From assembly GCA_963740085.1 (NCBI GenBank), contig CAVUCU010000001.1, positions 864,001-928,000 of the forward strand: DNA of 64,000 nucleotides, in the 5' to 3' direction. The notes below the pieces were generated by a model that saw only the letters and a program-made list of their open reading frames with translations, ran no database searches and was not told the DNA's origin. The stretch is from Nitrospirota bacterium (GTDB lineage Bacteria > Nitrospirota > UBA9217). Shown here in pieces: positions 50,796 to 62,077 of this stretch (position 1 is the stretch's first letter; each line of letters opens with the position of its first letter). The position numbers and the translations under genes were made by a program.

Positions 50796-53700
50796 CTGAC
50801 TATCCTCGCCTTTTCCGCGCGATATTCCTCAATCGAGAGATTGCGCAGTTTGGAAGCACGGCCTTCCTCGTTCTGTACAAATCCCACACTGGAAACGAAA
50901 GGTTCGATGATGTGAATTTTTTGCAAAGGCGTGACAATCAGGATCTGCAGGTTTAGTTGGGCAAACAATCTCAAGCCGTATTGTGCGGATTCGTCTGATC
51001 CACGCCCGAAGGCTTCATCAATGACCACGAAACGGAAGGATCGGGAACGTACTGCTCCCCATTCAAGGCCGAACTGATAGGCCAGGCTCGCCGCAAGTAT
51101 TGTATAGGCCAGTTTCTCTTTCTGACCTCCCGATTTGCCACCCGAGTCTGAATAGTGTTCGTATTCTTTATTGTCCTCGCGCCAACGCTCACTGGCGGCA
51201 AACACAAACCAATTACGCACATCGGTGACCTTGGTGGCCCAGCGCCGGTCCTGTTCGGATAGTCCCTCTCGTCCGCGGAAGCGCTCGATGATGTACTTGA
51301 CTTGCAAAAACTTCGCTTCAGAATATTGGGTATCATCAGAACCGGTCAGCGCCCCTTCGGTACAAGCGCGCAGTTCGGTCTGGAAATATCGGATGTCGGC
51401 ATCCGGCGTTGGTTGAGCTTCCAGCACGATATAACGGCCGGTGTTGTAGTCGATCTGGGTAAGCGACTTATTGATGTGTGCGATACGCTCCCTGATCGTT
51501 TCTCTCTCACGAGCCAACTGCGACTGAAAATGCGCCACCTCACGTATCGTGTTCTCGTTCAGCAGTTCCTTGAAACGCGCCTCGAAGCGAGGAAGATCGT
51601 CGGTTTGAAGAGTGTCAAGCATACTTCGGTATTCAAACGCAGCATCTATGTTTGCGTCTACCTCTGAAGTTTCAAGTTTGAACTCTTCTTTGTATGCCGA
51701 CATCGCCTGGATGATCTTATCCCGCAAGCGCTCGAGCTTCTTTACTTCAGCATTGATTTTGGCCTGCAGCCAGTCACGCATATCGCGCTCGCGGTTGTCG
51801 CAGGATTCGACGGTGAGTTGATGCTCACCCAAAGCCTCGTTACGTACAGTATCGAGTCGGTCGAAGTACGTAGCGTGGACATCAATAGCCGGTTCATCCA
51901 GTACTTCTTGCGTTTGAACGCGCAAGTTTTCGGCATCAGTCTTCTTTTGCTCGATTTTGGAACGTTTATCCTTGTGCTCTTCTAGCTGGACTTCTGTGTC
52001 TTTCAATACCGTAACGACCTCATTCAGGCGTTCGGTCAGTTGTTTTAGCACATCGGAGGCAGACTCCAGCCTTTGCTTCTCGTCCGTAAGCTTAGCCACC
52101 TCCATAGCAAGAGACTGCCAGTCGAGTTCGCGGAAATCAGCGTACTCATCAAGTTTCGACAGCGCCGTGAGGCGATCCTTTAGTGCGGTCTGTTCGGCCT
52201 GGATCTTGCTGATAAGGCTACCAAGGTCGCCTAGATTCGTCTCCAATTTCTTTGCTTTGGCTTCGAGTACAGCGATCTTTGCCGTATTGGTCCAACCCAG
52301 TACGTATCGGCTGCGGTCATCCAGCCGGTGGCGATCGTCTTTCTCATGACGCTCGCCAGGTGCCTTAGTCTGTCCCGCACGCGTAATGGCGCGGATCTCA
52401 CGGCGGAATTGCTCCTGCGTAGCGCAGCAGGCCACATCGAAACGGTGAGCCAGCTCGCGTTCCAACCAAGAGTAGAAAGGAGTGTCGGGCTTGATGGTCA
52501 GTTTACGCGCTAGGGAATCCTGGTGCAGGTTAGGTAGTTCACTCCGAAAATTTTGGCGCACCCGGAAATAGACCAAACGTCTCCTGAGGTGAGTTTTATC
52601 GACCCAATCAGCCACATCTGCATAATGCTGATCTGGCACCAGAAGGGACAATCCGAAGTTACGCAGCAGCCGTTCAGCTGCCCCTTCCCAATCACGCTCA
52701 TCGTCGCGCACTTGTAACAGTTCGCCCGCAAAAAGCATATCTGACTCAGGAATACCGAGGGCTTTGCATAGGGCGGTTCGCATGGCCACTTGTTCAGCGG
52801 GGATGTTGCTACGCCGGGCTTTCAGACTGCTGATCTCAGCGGTCAGGTTGTCGTGCTCCTGCTTGCCTTGGAGCAAGCTCACACCATGCTCAGTGAGGTT
52901 GTTTTGCAGCTCCGCTTCGCGCGCTTTCAACCCATTGCTCAAATCTGAGAAACGACTGCGCAGCATAAGAAACTCAGCTTCTGTTTCGGCCGAGCCCTCG
53001 CCCGCGTCGCGTACCAGCATTGTGTATCGTTGAGCTTTCTCCAGTCTCTTTTTCCGCTCTGCATCTTTGCTGCAAATATCGGCAGATAATCGTTCAATCC
53101 GGTCGCCGCCGTTGTCTGCAATACTTTGTTTGAGCTCTCCCTCGCTAATTCGTTGCGCATCATGGAGTGCCTCTAAGCGCTTGATCTGGGTGTCTTGCCG
53201 CCCCCATTCATCCGCAAGGCTGGTAATATGCTTTTTCAAAAGCCCAAGTTTCAAACCTGCGAAGTAGGGTCTGAGTGCCTCGCGGCAAGCTCTGAGTTCA
53301 CCAACTTGCGAGACATATGACGAATGTCGCTCACAATCGCTGACCAAGGGCGTCAGAACCTCTACCTGTCGCTTGGCCTTGAGTACGGCTTCGTGAGCCC
53401 TGTTAAGATCATCAAAATGTCCAATTAAGGCAGCGATACGTGGCTTAACATCGAAAGGTTCGAGCATATGGCTGCGGACGAAGTCGGTTAGGTTGCCCAC
53501 CGACTTCATCGACACCGTTTGATGAAACAGCTCCAGCGCCTGTTCGTTCTCAATGCCAAAGCGACGACGAAACCAGGCACCGTAAGGCGGAAAGGTATCG
53601 TTCACTTCCGCGCCCAATCCACGTAGTTTCTTCCGTAATCCCACAATGTCGGAGCCAAAGTTGAAGAAGTCTTTCGCAATCGACATATCGCGTTCCGCGC

Positions 53701-54166
53701 AGACAAAAAAACGCGCGGGTTGCCCTTGGCGCTCTGTCATCCAGAAAACCTGGGCCAGCGTCACCGTCTGGACATAACCCGCATTATGAAAAACACCTAG
53801 AATCACCGAAAAATTGTTGTGATCGCGTAGCGCCACGGGTTTGGCGGCGCCGCTATCCTCATTGCGCTCGGACTTATAATGCCCGAGAACATAGGATCGC
53901 AGAGTGCGCTCTTTGTTGTCGGCCCCGGCTGCCTTGTTATAAGCGATGCGGTGCGCCGGCACCAACAGCGTCGTGACTGCATCCACCAGCGTCGACTTGC
54001 CCGATCCGATATCACCGGTGAGCAACGCGTTTTTACCATCGGGATTCAGTACCCACACACGGCTATCGAAGGTGCCCCAATTGAAAACTTCCAGGCGATG
54101 CAAACGGAAGCCCGAGAGCGTATCGTCGGCCACAAAATCCAGACCCATGGTTTCCGCATCATTCAT
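50792..54166 (-). CDS. jetC: Wadjet JetC SMC-like ATPase
   Basis: [14 protein letters not shown], long coiled coils, KSGGQ, VIDEAF. Confidence 0.93.
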   Translation of the reverse strand: MNDAETMGLDFVADDTLSGFRLHRLEVFNWGTFDSRVWVLNPDGKNALLTGDIGSGKSTLVDAVTTLLVPAHRIAYNKAAGADNKERTLRSYVLGHYKSERNEDSGAAKPVALRDHNNFSVILGVFHNAGYVQTVTLAQVFWMTERQGQPARFFVCAERDMSIAKDFFNFGSDIVGLRKKLRGLGAEVNDTFPPYGAWFRRRFGIENEQALELFHQTVSMKSVGNLTDFVRSHMLEPFDVKPRIAALIGHFDDLNRAHEAVLKAKRQVEVLTPLVSDCERHSSYVSQVGELRACREALRPYFAGLKLGLLKKHITSLADEWGRQDTQIKRLEALHDAQRISEGELKQSIADNGGDRIERLSADICSKDAERKKRLEKAQRYTMLVRDAGEGSAETEAEFLMLRSRFSDLSNGLKAREAELQNNLTEHGVSLLQGKQEHDNLTAEISSLKARRSNIPAEQVAMRTALCKALGIPESDMLFAGELLQVRDDERDWEGAAERLLRNFGLSLLVPDQHYADVADWVDKTHLRRRLVYFRVRQNFRSELPNLHQDSLARKLTIKPDTPFYSWLERELAHRFDVACCATQEQFRREIRAITRAGQTKAPGERHEKDDRHRLDDRSRYVLGWTNTAKIAVLEAKAKKLETNLGDLGSLISKIQAEQTALKDRLTALSKLDEYADFRELDWQSLAMEVAKLTDEKQRLESASDVLKQLTERLNEVVTVLKDTEVQLEEHKDKRSKIEQKKTDAENLRVQTQEVLDEPAIDVHATYFDRLDTVRNEALGEHQLTVESCDNRERDMRDWLQAKINAEVKKLERLRDKIIQAMSAYKEEFKLETSEVDANIDAAFEYRSMLDTLQTDDLPRFEARFKELLNENTIREVAHFQSQLARERETIRERIAHINKSLTQIDYNTGRYIVLEAQPTPDADIRYFQTELRACTEGALTGSDDTQYSEAKFLQVKYIIERFRGREGLSEQDRRWATKVTDVRNWFVFAASERWREDNKEYEHYSDSGGKSGGQKEKLAYTILAASLAYQFGLEWGAVRSRSFRFVVIDEAFGRGSDESAQYGLRLFAQLNLQILIVTPLQKIHIIEPFVSSVGFVQNEEGRASKLRNLSIEEYRAEKARIVR

Positions 54167-54794
54167 TGACAGCCCCTCTGGAGGTCACAACGATTTGTGT
54201 CTGATAGGCTGCCAATCGCGTATCGAAATCGGCCAGCCATTGCGCGTCGACAAAAGCCTTAAGGATGCGCCGAACCTCGAACATTGCTGCTTGCCCTGGA
54301 CTCGGTTTAAGTCTGCGCAGAAATCCCAATTCAACGATTTTATTAAGATGAGTTTCAATCTGGTCTATCAACTTGGCTTCATTACTGCTCTCGGGCAGGA
54401 ACACACGGATCAACTCTACGATCTCATCACGGGAAAGCACAAGTCGCGTGTCGCCGCCGCTCGCGTCAAACTCAGCCAGCTTTTTTCGCAGTAGCGCCAA
54501 CAGTAAGCTCACCGGAAACGACAATTGACGCCTCGCCACTAACCGCGGAAACTTTGGAGCTGAGTCGTCTTCGTTTTCCTGGCGCGAGCGTAAGAAGGCA
54601 TAACCCTCGGCCTCGTCAAACACCAGATCCAAGCCCAGTACCGCCATATAGTCACGTACGCAGGCTTGCAGGTTGAGCAAAGCATTCCAAAGGCCGGCGT
54701 CAGCTTCTTGATAGATCACGCCTTTTAGTAAGGTAATAACCAATTCAGATAAATTATTCGTTGGTGCGTCATTTTGAAGTTCTTGCTCTGACAT
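54159..54794 (-). CDS. jetB: Wadjet JetB (DUF4194)
   Basis: [31 protein letters not shown]; lies between jetA and jetC. Confidence 0.9.
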   Translation of the reverse strand: MSEQELQNDAPTNNLSELVITLLKGVIYQEADAGLWNALLNLQACVRDYMAVLGLDLVFDEAEGYAFLRSRQENEDDSAPKFPRLVARRQLSFPVSLLLALLRKKLAEFDASGGDTRLVLSRDEIVELIRVFLPESSNEAKLIDQIETHLNKIVELGFLRRLKPSPGQAAMFEVRRILKAFVDAQWLADFDTRLAAYQTQIVVTSRGAVNE

Positions 54795-56251
54795 TATTGC
54801 CTCACAAAGATCACGCGGGGTAAACGTGCCTGCTTCGTATATTCCAGGCCATCCGGCCCCTTACGGTTCCAGACAATTATCTCTAACACCTCTTCATCCA
54901 CTACACTCTTGATGACGTCGCTGCCAATCTGCAAATACGCAACCAGCTCTGCCAAGCCATGCTGTAAGGGTTGCATCTCGCACAGTTCACGCAGGGTAAT
55001 TTGCGAACGATCCTGCAACGCGTGGCGGATGTGCCCAACCAACTGCGCTTTATCAATGACCACCTGAGAGTATAGTGCTGCCGCATCCACTTCGTCGTCA
55101 CCTGAAGCCAGCGCGATATCGGCAATCAATGGTTTGATGGCTGGGGTGTAGAGCGGCCGTTCCATGGGTAACTCGATGTCGGCAGCGGTGTCCGCTATGT
55201 TCATCACCTCACCCGATGGCGTTGATTCCCGTAAGGACAGTGCCTTGGCCTCGATACCGTGCAGAATATCCATGATTCGGCGGTTTTCAAGCCAGGCTTG
55301 GTCGTCCAGAAACCGCCGAAGTTGTTGCGAGAGCGTGGCTACCATACGCTGAGTGTGCTCCCCGGCCTCCAGCCAGTCGTAATGTACCCGGCGGGTTCTC
55401 GCGTCAGGCTTGAGCTCGACGACCGGGGGCAGGTTCAAGACCCGTTCAAGCAGCGTTGACAGTTCTTCCTGCCGGCTGCTGGACATCAGAAAATCCCAAA
55501 ATGCGCGAAAACTCCGGCCCTGATCCGAGTCGGCAATCGCATCGCGCTCGCCCATGATTTCCTGCAACAACGCGCCTTTTGAGCCCTCCCAAAGCGCAAT
55601 ACGTTCCCGGACGTGTCGATCCAGACTACGAAAGTTGTTTTCTACCTCGCGGAAATCGGTAAGCAACTCACGAGCTAGTTGCATGAACTGTTGGAAGCGG
55701 TCTTTCAGCGCTGTATCGTCCAACAACTGAATGTCATTGGACAGGACACGTGTGATTTCGGCATCAATCTCGTCGCGCCGCTTTTGCAATTCCGCAATAC
55801 GAACCTGTGGGTCGGTTTCCCTGCCCGCGCTCATCTGCTTGAGCAGCTCAAACAACGTGAGCAGGCGCGATTCGGTGCCCACGAAACTGCGCTGAGTCAG
55901 CGTCTCCAGCCAAACAATCGCCTTCTCAAGCGCCGGGGTCAGGTCGAAATGCGGTTCGTCCGACCCTTGCATATAGAACTTGCTCAGCCAACCCTTCTCA
56001 GTGCCCGCCCAGTCGTTGAGGTAATCGAGCGCCGGCTTCGGGAATGCATCCGCGCCCAATCGTTCGCGCAAGGTAAACAGTTCATCCTCAAGGGCCTCGA
56101 CCAAATCCGCCTGTGCCATCACCCGCACATTGGGTGCGATGAACACGCGCTGAAGAAAACTCGCCACCAGCGGCGCATGGTCCGAGCGCAGCAGGCGCCA
56201 AGCCGGATGGCTCTGTTTCAGCAGGTCGAGGGTAGCGTAGTCGAGGGTCAT
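54794..56251 (-). CDS. jetA: Wadjet JetA (DUF3375)
   Basis: HPAWRLLR.DHAP, FVGTESRL, SDQGRSFRAFW, GLAELVAY. Confidence 0.9.
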   Translation of the reverse strand: MTLDYATLDLLKQSHPAWRLLRSDHAPLVASFLQRVFIAPNVRVMAQADLVEALEDELFTLRERLGADAFPKPALDYLNDWAGTEKGWLSKFYMQGSDEPHFDLTPALEKAIVWLETLTQRSFVGTESRLLTLFELLKQMSAGRETDPQVRIAELQKRRDEIDAEITRVLSNDIQLLDDTALKDRFQQFMQLARELLTDFREVENNFRSLDRHVRERIALWEGSKGALLQEIMGERDAIADSDQGRSFRAFWDFLMSSSRQEELSTLLERVLNLPPVVELKPDARTRRVHYDWLEAGEHTQRMVATLSQQLRRFLDDQAWLENRRIMDILHGIEAKALSLRESTPSGEVMNIADTAADIELPMERPLYTPAIKPLIADIALASGDDEVDAAALYSQVVIDKAQLVGHIRHALQDRSQITLRELCEMQPLQHGLAELVAYLQIGSDVIKSVVDEEVLEIIVWNRKGPDGLEYTKQARLPRVIFVRQ

Positions 56252-56517
56252 ACGATATGCGCCTTCAATAGCGAATGACTCAATCAAGCATCATTTGTCA
56301 CTTAGCGTTCAGAGTATGTCGTTGACTTCTTTAAGCACATCATTTTCAAGTAATTAATTTGAGTGGCATCCACTTCGCTCAACATGAGACAAGAACGCAT
56401 CCGGCCAACATTTTTTGATGTTTTCCGCTATCGTTCGTCGCGCCTTGCCTTGTACTACGCCAGCCTTCCTCTACAACAACTTGGTAGAGTAAAAAAAGGA
56501 GACCTATGCTGTAAAAG

Positions 56518-56653
56518 TATAGATCGGCTTTGCATTTTGACCCAGCATCGGCGTTTTGATTGACCCGCCCTTTAACGTAAAATCAGTGAGTTATGACTGT
56601 TAGGTGGTTCAACCTCGACGCCGATAAGAGTCAGATTTGCAATCCGGCACACA
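56518..56653. mobile_element. IS21-like internally deleted remnant (paired ends, no transposase)
   Basis: ATCGGC..TTTTGACCC..ATCGGCG..TTGACCC is opposed by GGTTCAA..CGACGCCGAT..GAGTCA..TTGC..CCG..ACA, the doubled terminal motif typical of IS21 ends. Confidence 0.5.
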
Positions 56654-56708
56654 GCACATCGGCCATATTGTGAGTCTGGTTGTCTATGACGTATGGGATT
56701 CTCATCTT

Positions 56709-57629
56709 CTACAACCCCAGCTTCGCTTTCAGCTTGTCGAGTGCCGCAGCATGTTTTTCTTTAGTCATCTTCCGGATGTTCATGAGCTTCCACTGTATGG
56801 CCGGTAGCTTCTCAATCCCCTTGACTTCAAGAAGGTCCCACTTCGGTTGTCCTTCCTTGAGAGACACGAGAAAACCTTTTTCCGCTGCCGTTAAATCCCG
56901 CAGCAGGGTTTCAATCAGCGTTTCTCTTGCAGCAACAAGGCCCTCGTATCGGATATCCTCAACCGTCATGCCGGCAAATTCGTTTTCATAGGTTTGCCGT
57001 ACATCTTTCCGCACAGGATCAAGCAATTCGCTCAGGGGCCGGTCATGACTTGCAAGATACACAACAAAAGCCTTTCGAATTTCACCAGTGATACCTTCAT
57101 TATCCAAAAGGACTTTGATGTCAAAAAGATCCCGCGGATGCTGACGGTCTAGTGCCGCGCAAATCTTCCCCCCGTATAGATCAGCGGTTGAGAGTAATCT
57201 GGACGTAACAGATAGTTCGAACATTTCCTCAGCGCGTTTTATCAACTCGCGCTCCACCGGCGCCCAAACTGCTCCACGGATGACTTCATTCGGCTCGATT
57301 TTTATCCTGGTAGATTCATTCGATACGACAAGTTTGTTGATCAGTTTTGACCCATGCGCCCGGCTCTCCTGGATCTTGATTCCCGGCATCGCCTTCTTAA
57401 TCGCCGCCGCAATGCGAATGAGCGCTTTGCTGATGTTCGAAAGAGCCTGGTCACGGTCTTCATCAAGTGTCAAATAAGCAAGGTCAATGTCGACAGATAG
57501 ACGCGGCATGTCGCGCAAAAACAGATTAATAGCCGTGCCACCCTTGAGCGCAAAGCTCTCTTCAGCCGTCACCTGCGGGATGACCCGAAGCATCAGCAGT
57601 GCCTGTTCGAAATATGGGCTTTTTTTCAT
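56709..57629 (-). CDS. abiEii: AbiEii/AbiGii nucleotidyltransferase toxin (type IV TA)
   Basis: ALKGGTAINLF..PRLSVDIDL, GKICAALDRQHPRDLFD. Confidence 0.92.
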   Translation of the reverse strand: MKKSPYFEQALLMLRVIPQVTAEESFALKGGTAINLFLRDMPRLSVDIDLAYLTLDEDRDQALSNISKALIRIAAAIKKAMPGIKIQESRAHGSKLINKLVVSNESTRIKIEPNEVIRGAVWAPVERELIKRAEEMFELSVTSRLLSTADLYGGKICAALDRQHPRDLFDIKVLLDNEGITGEIRKAFVVYLASHDRPLSELLDPVRKDVRQTYENEFAGMTVEDIRYEGLVAARETLIETLLRDLTAAEKGFLVSLKEGQPKWDLLEVKGIEKLPAIQWKLMNIRKMTKEKHAAALDKLKAKLGL

Positions 57630-58423
57630 GCACGCCTTCCAGGTGCGCCTTGTCCAGCGCCCGTTTCAGGCACCGAAATATTGTATTTTGTGTCGAGCCT
57701 TCCGCCCTTGACAAGCATGCGTCTGCCCTTGCCGAAATTCACTTTTGACACATCGAGCTTCTTGATCCACGCATGGCCGCAGCCTTCCGCGAGCACCATA
57801 AAGAGACGTTTGACTTTCACGGAGGTGCAGCTTTCGAGTAGACTCTGTACCAGCTTGAGGCGCGGCGTCGTAAGCCCCTCCATCAGGAGCCGCGCTTCCT
57901 TGTACGATTGTTCCTTTGGCACGAAATACAGGACTTCCATCATCGCCCGCTCGGGAGCCGAAACCTTGATCGAGAACGCGCCCATATCGCGCGTTGTATG
58001 CCAGACGGTCGCTTCATCCGCAAAAAGACGTGTTGAGGCAAAACGGATATTCAGGCCCCATTGGTATTGCGTAAACCAGGCAGGCAGCTTGGTCTCGGAT
58101 GGACCGAAAAGAAAAACCGTACTGCCTTTCCCCAGCGGCAGAAAATGCGCGTAGCCCTGCAGTTGGAGAGCGGTCTTGCCACCCGCATATATGGGAAGCG
58201 CTAATTGATTCTGGAGCGCAAAAAGCCCGCCCGTCCAGTCGATCTTGTCGCCGGATTTCGCAAACGCGCCCTGTCCCACGCGGAGTATCCAGGCGGACTT
58301 CTCGTACTCATGTACAAGCTGCTGATACACGCCCTGCTTTTCCAGCCAGCGCAGCACAGCCACCGTTCCGGACGGCCACTGCTTGAGGAGTTGGTTTATT
58401 TTAGTGCCTTTTTCACCAGCCAT
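57626..58423 (-). CDS. abiEi: AbiEi antitoxin
   Basis: KINQLLKQWPSG, GGKTALQLQG, SAPERAMME, SVKVKRLF; ATGA overlap with the toxin. Confidence 0.9.
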   Translation of the reverse strand: MAGEKGTKINQLLKQWPSGTVAVLRWLEKQGVYQQLVHEYEKSAWILRVGQGAFAKSGDKIDWTGGLFALQNQLALPIYAGGKTALQLQGYAHFLPLGKGSTVFLFGPSETKLPAWFTQYQWGLNIRFASTRLFADEATVWHTTRDMGAFSIKVSAPERAMMEVLYFVPKEQSYKEARLLMEGLTTPRLKLVQSLLESCTSVKVKRLFMVLAEGCGHAWIKKLDVSKVNFGKGRRMLVKGGRLDTKYNISVPETGAGQGAPGRRA

Positions 58424-58430
58424 ACTTGTT

Positions 58431-58459
58431 AAATTAGCGGAAGTTTAAACTAATTGCAA
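58431..58459 (-). promoter_or_regulatory. abiE promoter (leaderless)
   Basis: TTGCAA-N17-TAATTT ends 7 nt before the ATG; inverted repeat AATTAG..CTAATT overlaps it. Confidence 0.55.
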
Positions 58460-58501
58460 GGGGAAAGTTTATTGAGGGGTGGATTTAACAAGAATAGCTT
58501 G

Positions 58502-58717
58502 TTAAATCGATGAATGGACTATTCTAACGACGTCCAGCAATCTGGTCAACTTTTCAAGAATTTGCGACGCATTTTGTGAAGCCTTTGCACCATAATTTAA
58601 CTCAGCAACAACCAAGGCGCTCAAAGCGATTTTATCGATATTGTCCTTTATCCGCTCTGCTATCGCTTTATTGCCGTTTAAAAAAGCAATGACGATATTC
58701 GTGTCCAGAAAAATCAT
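58502..58717 (-). pseudogene. 3'-truncated VapC (PIN) toxin
   Basis: IFLDTNIVI..VVAELNYGA, only 71 aa; the C-terminal acidic motifs are absent. Confidence 0.7.
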
Positions 58718-58915
58718 GCAAATCGAACCTCTCTACCATGATACTGATGCCGCTCATTCTCGACCTCCTCGAAGATCGCAACGATCGTGGCGTCATCCGA
58801 CCATGCGCCACCGAGTGACGAGATGATCTTTCGCTTTTCAGCAGACTTAAAGGCGGGTTCGATTTTGATGATAACCTTGGTGCCTTCAGAAATCTTCACT
58901 GTTTTTGGGAAGACG
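58714..58915 (-). pseudogene. Antitoxin (DUF104/AF2212-like), probably 5'-eroded
   Basis: PKTVKISEGTKVIIKI..GAWSDD; ATGA overlap with the vapC relic; in-frame stop just upstream. Confidence 0.5.
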
Positions 58916-59451
58916 GATCATTCCCTTGACAATTTTACTCGTTTCCGTGAATACCATTGTAATCTCCAGAAAACTCAGAAAACCACCATTAAAGAATCTC
59001 ACCCGTTTGCCTGCGTAAGAAATCATATCATTAGTGTATATGGAAGACAAGCGCGAAATTAAGGGCGAAGGCTATTGACTGGAGATGGTGTGCGGCCTTA
59101 CGACAACAAAGACGGAGGTAGAACGAGGTAGAACAATGAAGCAAAAACTACTACAATTCTATGACAGTTACCAAAATACTCTGAAGGAGGAATACCATGA
59201 GTCAACCGGATTTCGACTGCAATGTTGAGGAAGCGAAAGTGGCCGAGCAGGACGTGCTGGTTTTCCCATTGCCCAGTGGCGCAATGGACAGCAGGCCATG
59301 AAAGCTCTCGGGGCGTGCAATTCACCGAAAATGTGGTAATGTCAAGAATATCCGCTACCCAAAGGCTTTGCGCTTCCCTACTGGACGTTCATTCTCGGCT
59401 AACCGCCGAAGTTAAAGTATAGAGTTAACCCCTGTGTAGTTGTCGCAGGGG

Positions 59452-61926
59452 TCATTTCCTATTTCCTTCAGGCTGCGCGGCCTGCGATAGCAGCTCACCG
59501 AGAGCGGCAAAAACGGTCTTTATCGTTTTCGTTTCAGGTAAAGGTATTTTCAGGTATACGTTTCCCGTAGCATCGTCCCGGCTGATCAGAGTTTGTAGGC
59601 TTTTTTCCATCGGTTCTCCAGGCTTCGCCATCAGATCCCCTAGGCTCATCAGGAATCGAGCGCCGCTCTGAAGCAGGTCGCTCAGGGGATCACACCCGTC
59701 TTCGCGTCCATTTCCGGGATCCTCTGATACGGCCTTTGCCGCCGTTGCTACGTCGGTTTTCTCAAGTTTTTCCGCAAGCTCATCTTCTTTTTGTTTCTGC
59801 CGCTCCGCACCCGGGTCCCGCTTCACAATATTTTCCACCATCGTATCCACAGTCTGCATAAGTTTATTCAGCTGCGACTCGCCGACCAAGACCGTGTCCT
59901 GGCCATCTTTGTCAAGCGCGCCTGCGAAGACTGATTTTTTGAACTTGAGCAGCTCAAGAATGCGCTCTTCAATAGAACCTGCGGTCACGAAGTTAATCAC
60001 CTGCACCGGCTTGTTTTGACCCATACGGTGGACTCTACCGATTCGCTGTTCGAGTACCGCCGGGTTCCAAGGAATATCCATGTTGATTACGACTGAACCG
60101 CTTTGAAGATTAAGCCCCACCCCTCCGGCGTCGGTCGAGAGGAAAACGCTGCATTTCGGGTCTTCCCGAAATTTCGTGATTAAATCGCGCCGGCCCTTGG
60201 ACGGGACTCCGCCATGTAAGTGGGTGTAGCCGATATTGTTTCTCTTTAATATTATTTCCACGAGTTCGGCCATTTTGAGCCACTGGCTGAATATGACGAC
60301 TTTCTCACCGCCTTCCACTACGAGTTCCCTGAGAATGATTTCCAGCTCATCGATCTTAGGGCCGTGGATGGTCTTCTTATCCACCAGATAAGTGTTGTCT
60401 GAAACCATGCGCATAAGGGTAAGCGCGCTCATAAGTCTCTTCTGGTCAGCATCGCATAGGAATTTGTACCTTCGCCACTTGGCCACAAGTCTGGCCACGA
60501 CCTCGCGATACTCGTCATGAATGACGAATTGCTCCGGGGTCAGGGGTACTAAGAAGTTCTTGTCCGTACGCTCCGGAAGTTGCCGGAGCACCTCTTTCTT
60601 CGTCCGCCTGATCATAACGCCCTTTAGCGAGTCCCGGATAGTCTGGAGATGACGGTAGCCGGTCACTTTGCCGACATTGTCAACCATACGGTGATTGTGG
60701 ACGAAACGATAGAGGGGCCCCAGATGGAGCCGGTCGATGAACTCCATAATCGAATGTAATTCCTCGATCTTGTTTTCGAGCGGCGTTCCGGTAAGCACTA
60801 CAGCAAAGGTTGATTCGAGCCGCTTGACAGATTTTGCGGTCCGAGTGTTCCAGTTTTTTATCCGCTGCGCCTCGTCGAGGACTATGAGGTCCGGCGCCCA
60901 CGCCTTGATGGAGTCCGTGTCGCGGAATACAACCTCGTAGTTGATGACCTTGTAAAATGATTCAACCCGATACAGCCGCGCTCGCTCCGCGTTCATGCCC
61001 TCGACCACGCAGACGCTCTTATCGGTAAACTTCTCGATCTCGGCCAGCCATTGGTGCTTAAGTGAAGTGGGCGTGACGATAAGCACCTTTCCGATATTGA
61101 ATAGCCGATGCAGCATCTCCGAAGCTGCCAAGCCCTGTACGGTTTTGCCGAGGCCCATGTCATCGCCGATGAGACATCGGCCCGCACGAACCGCGAACAA
61201 CGCGCCTTCCTTCTGATAGGGGTGCAACTCGGTTTTCAGAAGTTTGGCAAATAATGGGCTCTCTATCCCCCGTTTCAGCTTCGACGCTATAACGCCTGCC
61301 CGGTGTTCCTTGTCTTGATGTTCCGCGATAAAAGCCATGACGTCGTCGTAGCAGCGCACTTCGTGATGACCAATGCGCCTAACCGCGTCAAGAAAATCAG
61401 GAAAATGGAGGATACTCTCAGGATTCAAGCTCCCCTGTGCGCCGAAAAACTTACGCGCGAGGATGCGCAACTCAGCGGGCGCGTCCGCAGCGGGCTTGAA
61501 TCGTATTTCCCGCTTCAGGCCGTAGTGCAGGAACGCCTCGGAATAGGGCAGGGCAAATCCCTCTTTGAAAGCCTTCTTCGCACCTGGTTTTTTCTCCAGC
61601 TTCGCGAGCGTGTATTCGATGTGTTTGCAGGTGCCAAGGCTGTTGATGCTGAAATCCGGACAAGAGCAGTAGTTGTCGCCCGCGGCACGCCCACGAATGG
61701 CGAGTTTGTAGGTTTTACCCGTGGCCGGGTTGGTGAGTAAAAACTCGGAAAAAATCGAATGCTCTCCGTTGTTCCGAAGAATGAACCTCTGCTGTTCACC
61801 GAACTGTTTTCTAAGAGCGCGCTGCCAGTCTTCGAGGGAAAGGTCCTCGGGTTTGTGCGTGCGAGAGACTTTCAGTTTGTGGGATTTTGATTTCTTTTTG
61901 GAAACGCCCCTTTTTAAGAATGTCAT
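59452..61926 (-). CDS. SWIM zinc-finger plus SNF2 helicase
   Basis: CSCPDF...CKH (SWIM), DDMGLGKT, DEAQ, TGTP, GGVGLNLQ, QRIGRVHR. Confidence 0.93.
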   Translation of the reverse strand: MTFLKRGVSKKKSKSHKLKVSRTHKPEDLSLEDWQRALRKQFGEQQRFILRNNGEHSIFSEFLLTNPATGKTYKLAIRGRAAGDNYCSCPDFSINSLGTCKHIEYTLAKLEKKPGAKKAFKEGFALPYSEAFLHYGLKREIRFKPAADAPAELRILARKFFGAQGSLNPESILHFPDFLDAVRRIGHHEVRCYDDVMAFIAEHQDKEHRAGVIASKLKRGIESPLFAKLLKTELHPYQKEGALFAVRAGRCLIGDDMGLGKTVQGLAASEMLHRLFNIGKVLIVTPTSLKHQWLAEIEKFTDKSVCVVEGMNAERARLYRVESFYKVINYEVVFRDTDSIKAWAPDLIVLDEAQRIKNWNTRTAKSVKRLESTFAVVLTGTPLENKIEELHSIMEFIDRLHLGPLYRFVHNHRMVDNVGKVTGYRHLQTIRDSLKGVMIRRTKKEVLRQLPERTDKNFLVPLTPEQFVIHDEYREVVARLVAKWRRYKFLCDADQKRLMSALTLMRMVSDNTYLVDKKTIHGPKIDELEIILRELVVEGGEKVVIFSQWLKMAELVEIILKRNNIGYTHLHGGVPSKGRRDLITKFREDPKCSVFLSTDAGGVGLNLQSGSVVINMDIPWNPAVLEQRIGRVHRMGQNKPVQVINFVTAGSIEERILELLKFKKSVFAGALDKDGQDTVLVGESQLNKLMQTVDTMVENIVKRDPGAERQKQKEDELAEKLEKTDVATAAKAVSEDPGNGREDGCDPLSDLLQSGARFLMSLGDLMAKPGEPMEKSLQTLISRDDATGNVYLKIPLPETKTIKTVFAALGELLSQAAQPEGNRK

Positions 61927-62077
61927 GGGATTAGTTCCTTTTATCTAGGGTTCTGCGCATGAAAATCATGATTGGAATATAGCAGAAAGCCGGGGATTGA
62001 AACAAGGAAAAAATCTGCCAACAACGTAATGCTTTCGTATGGTCACTCATTTAAAGGTACACTGTCAACTCATGCAC

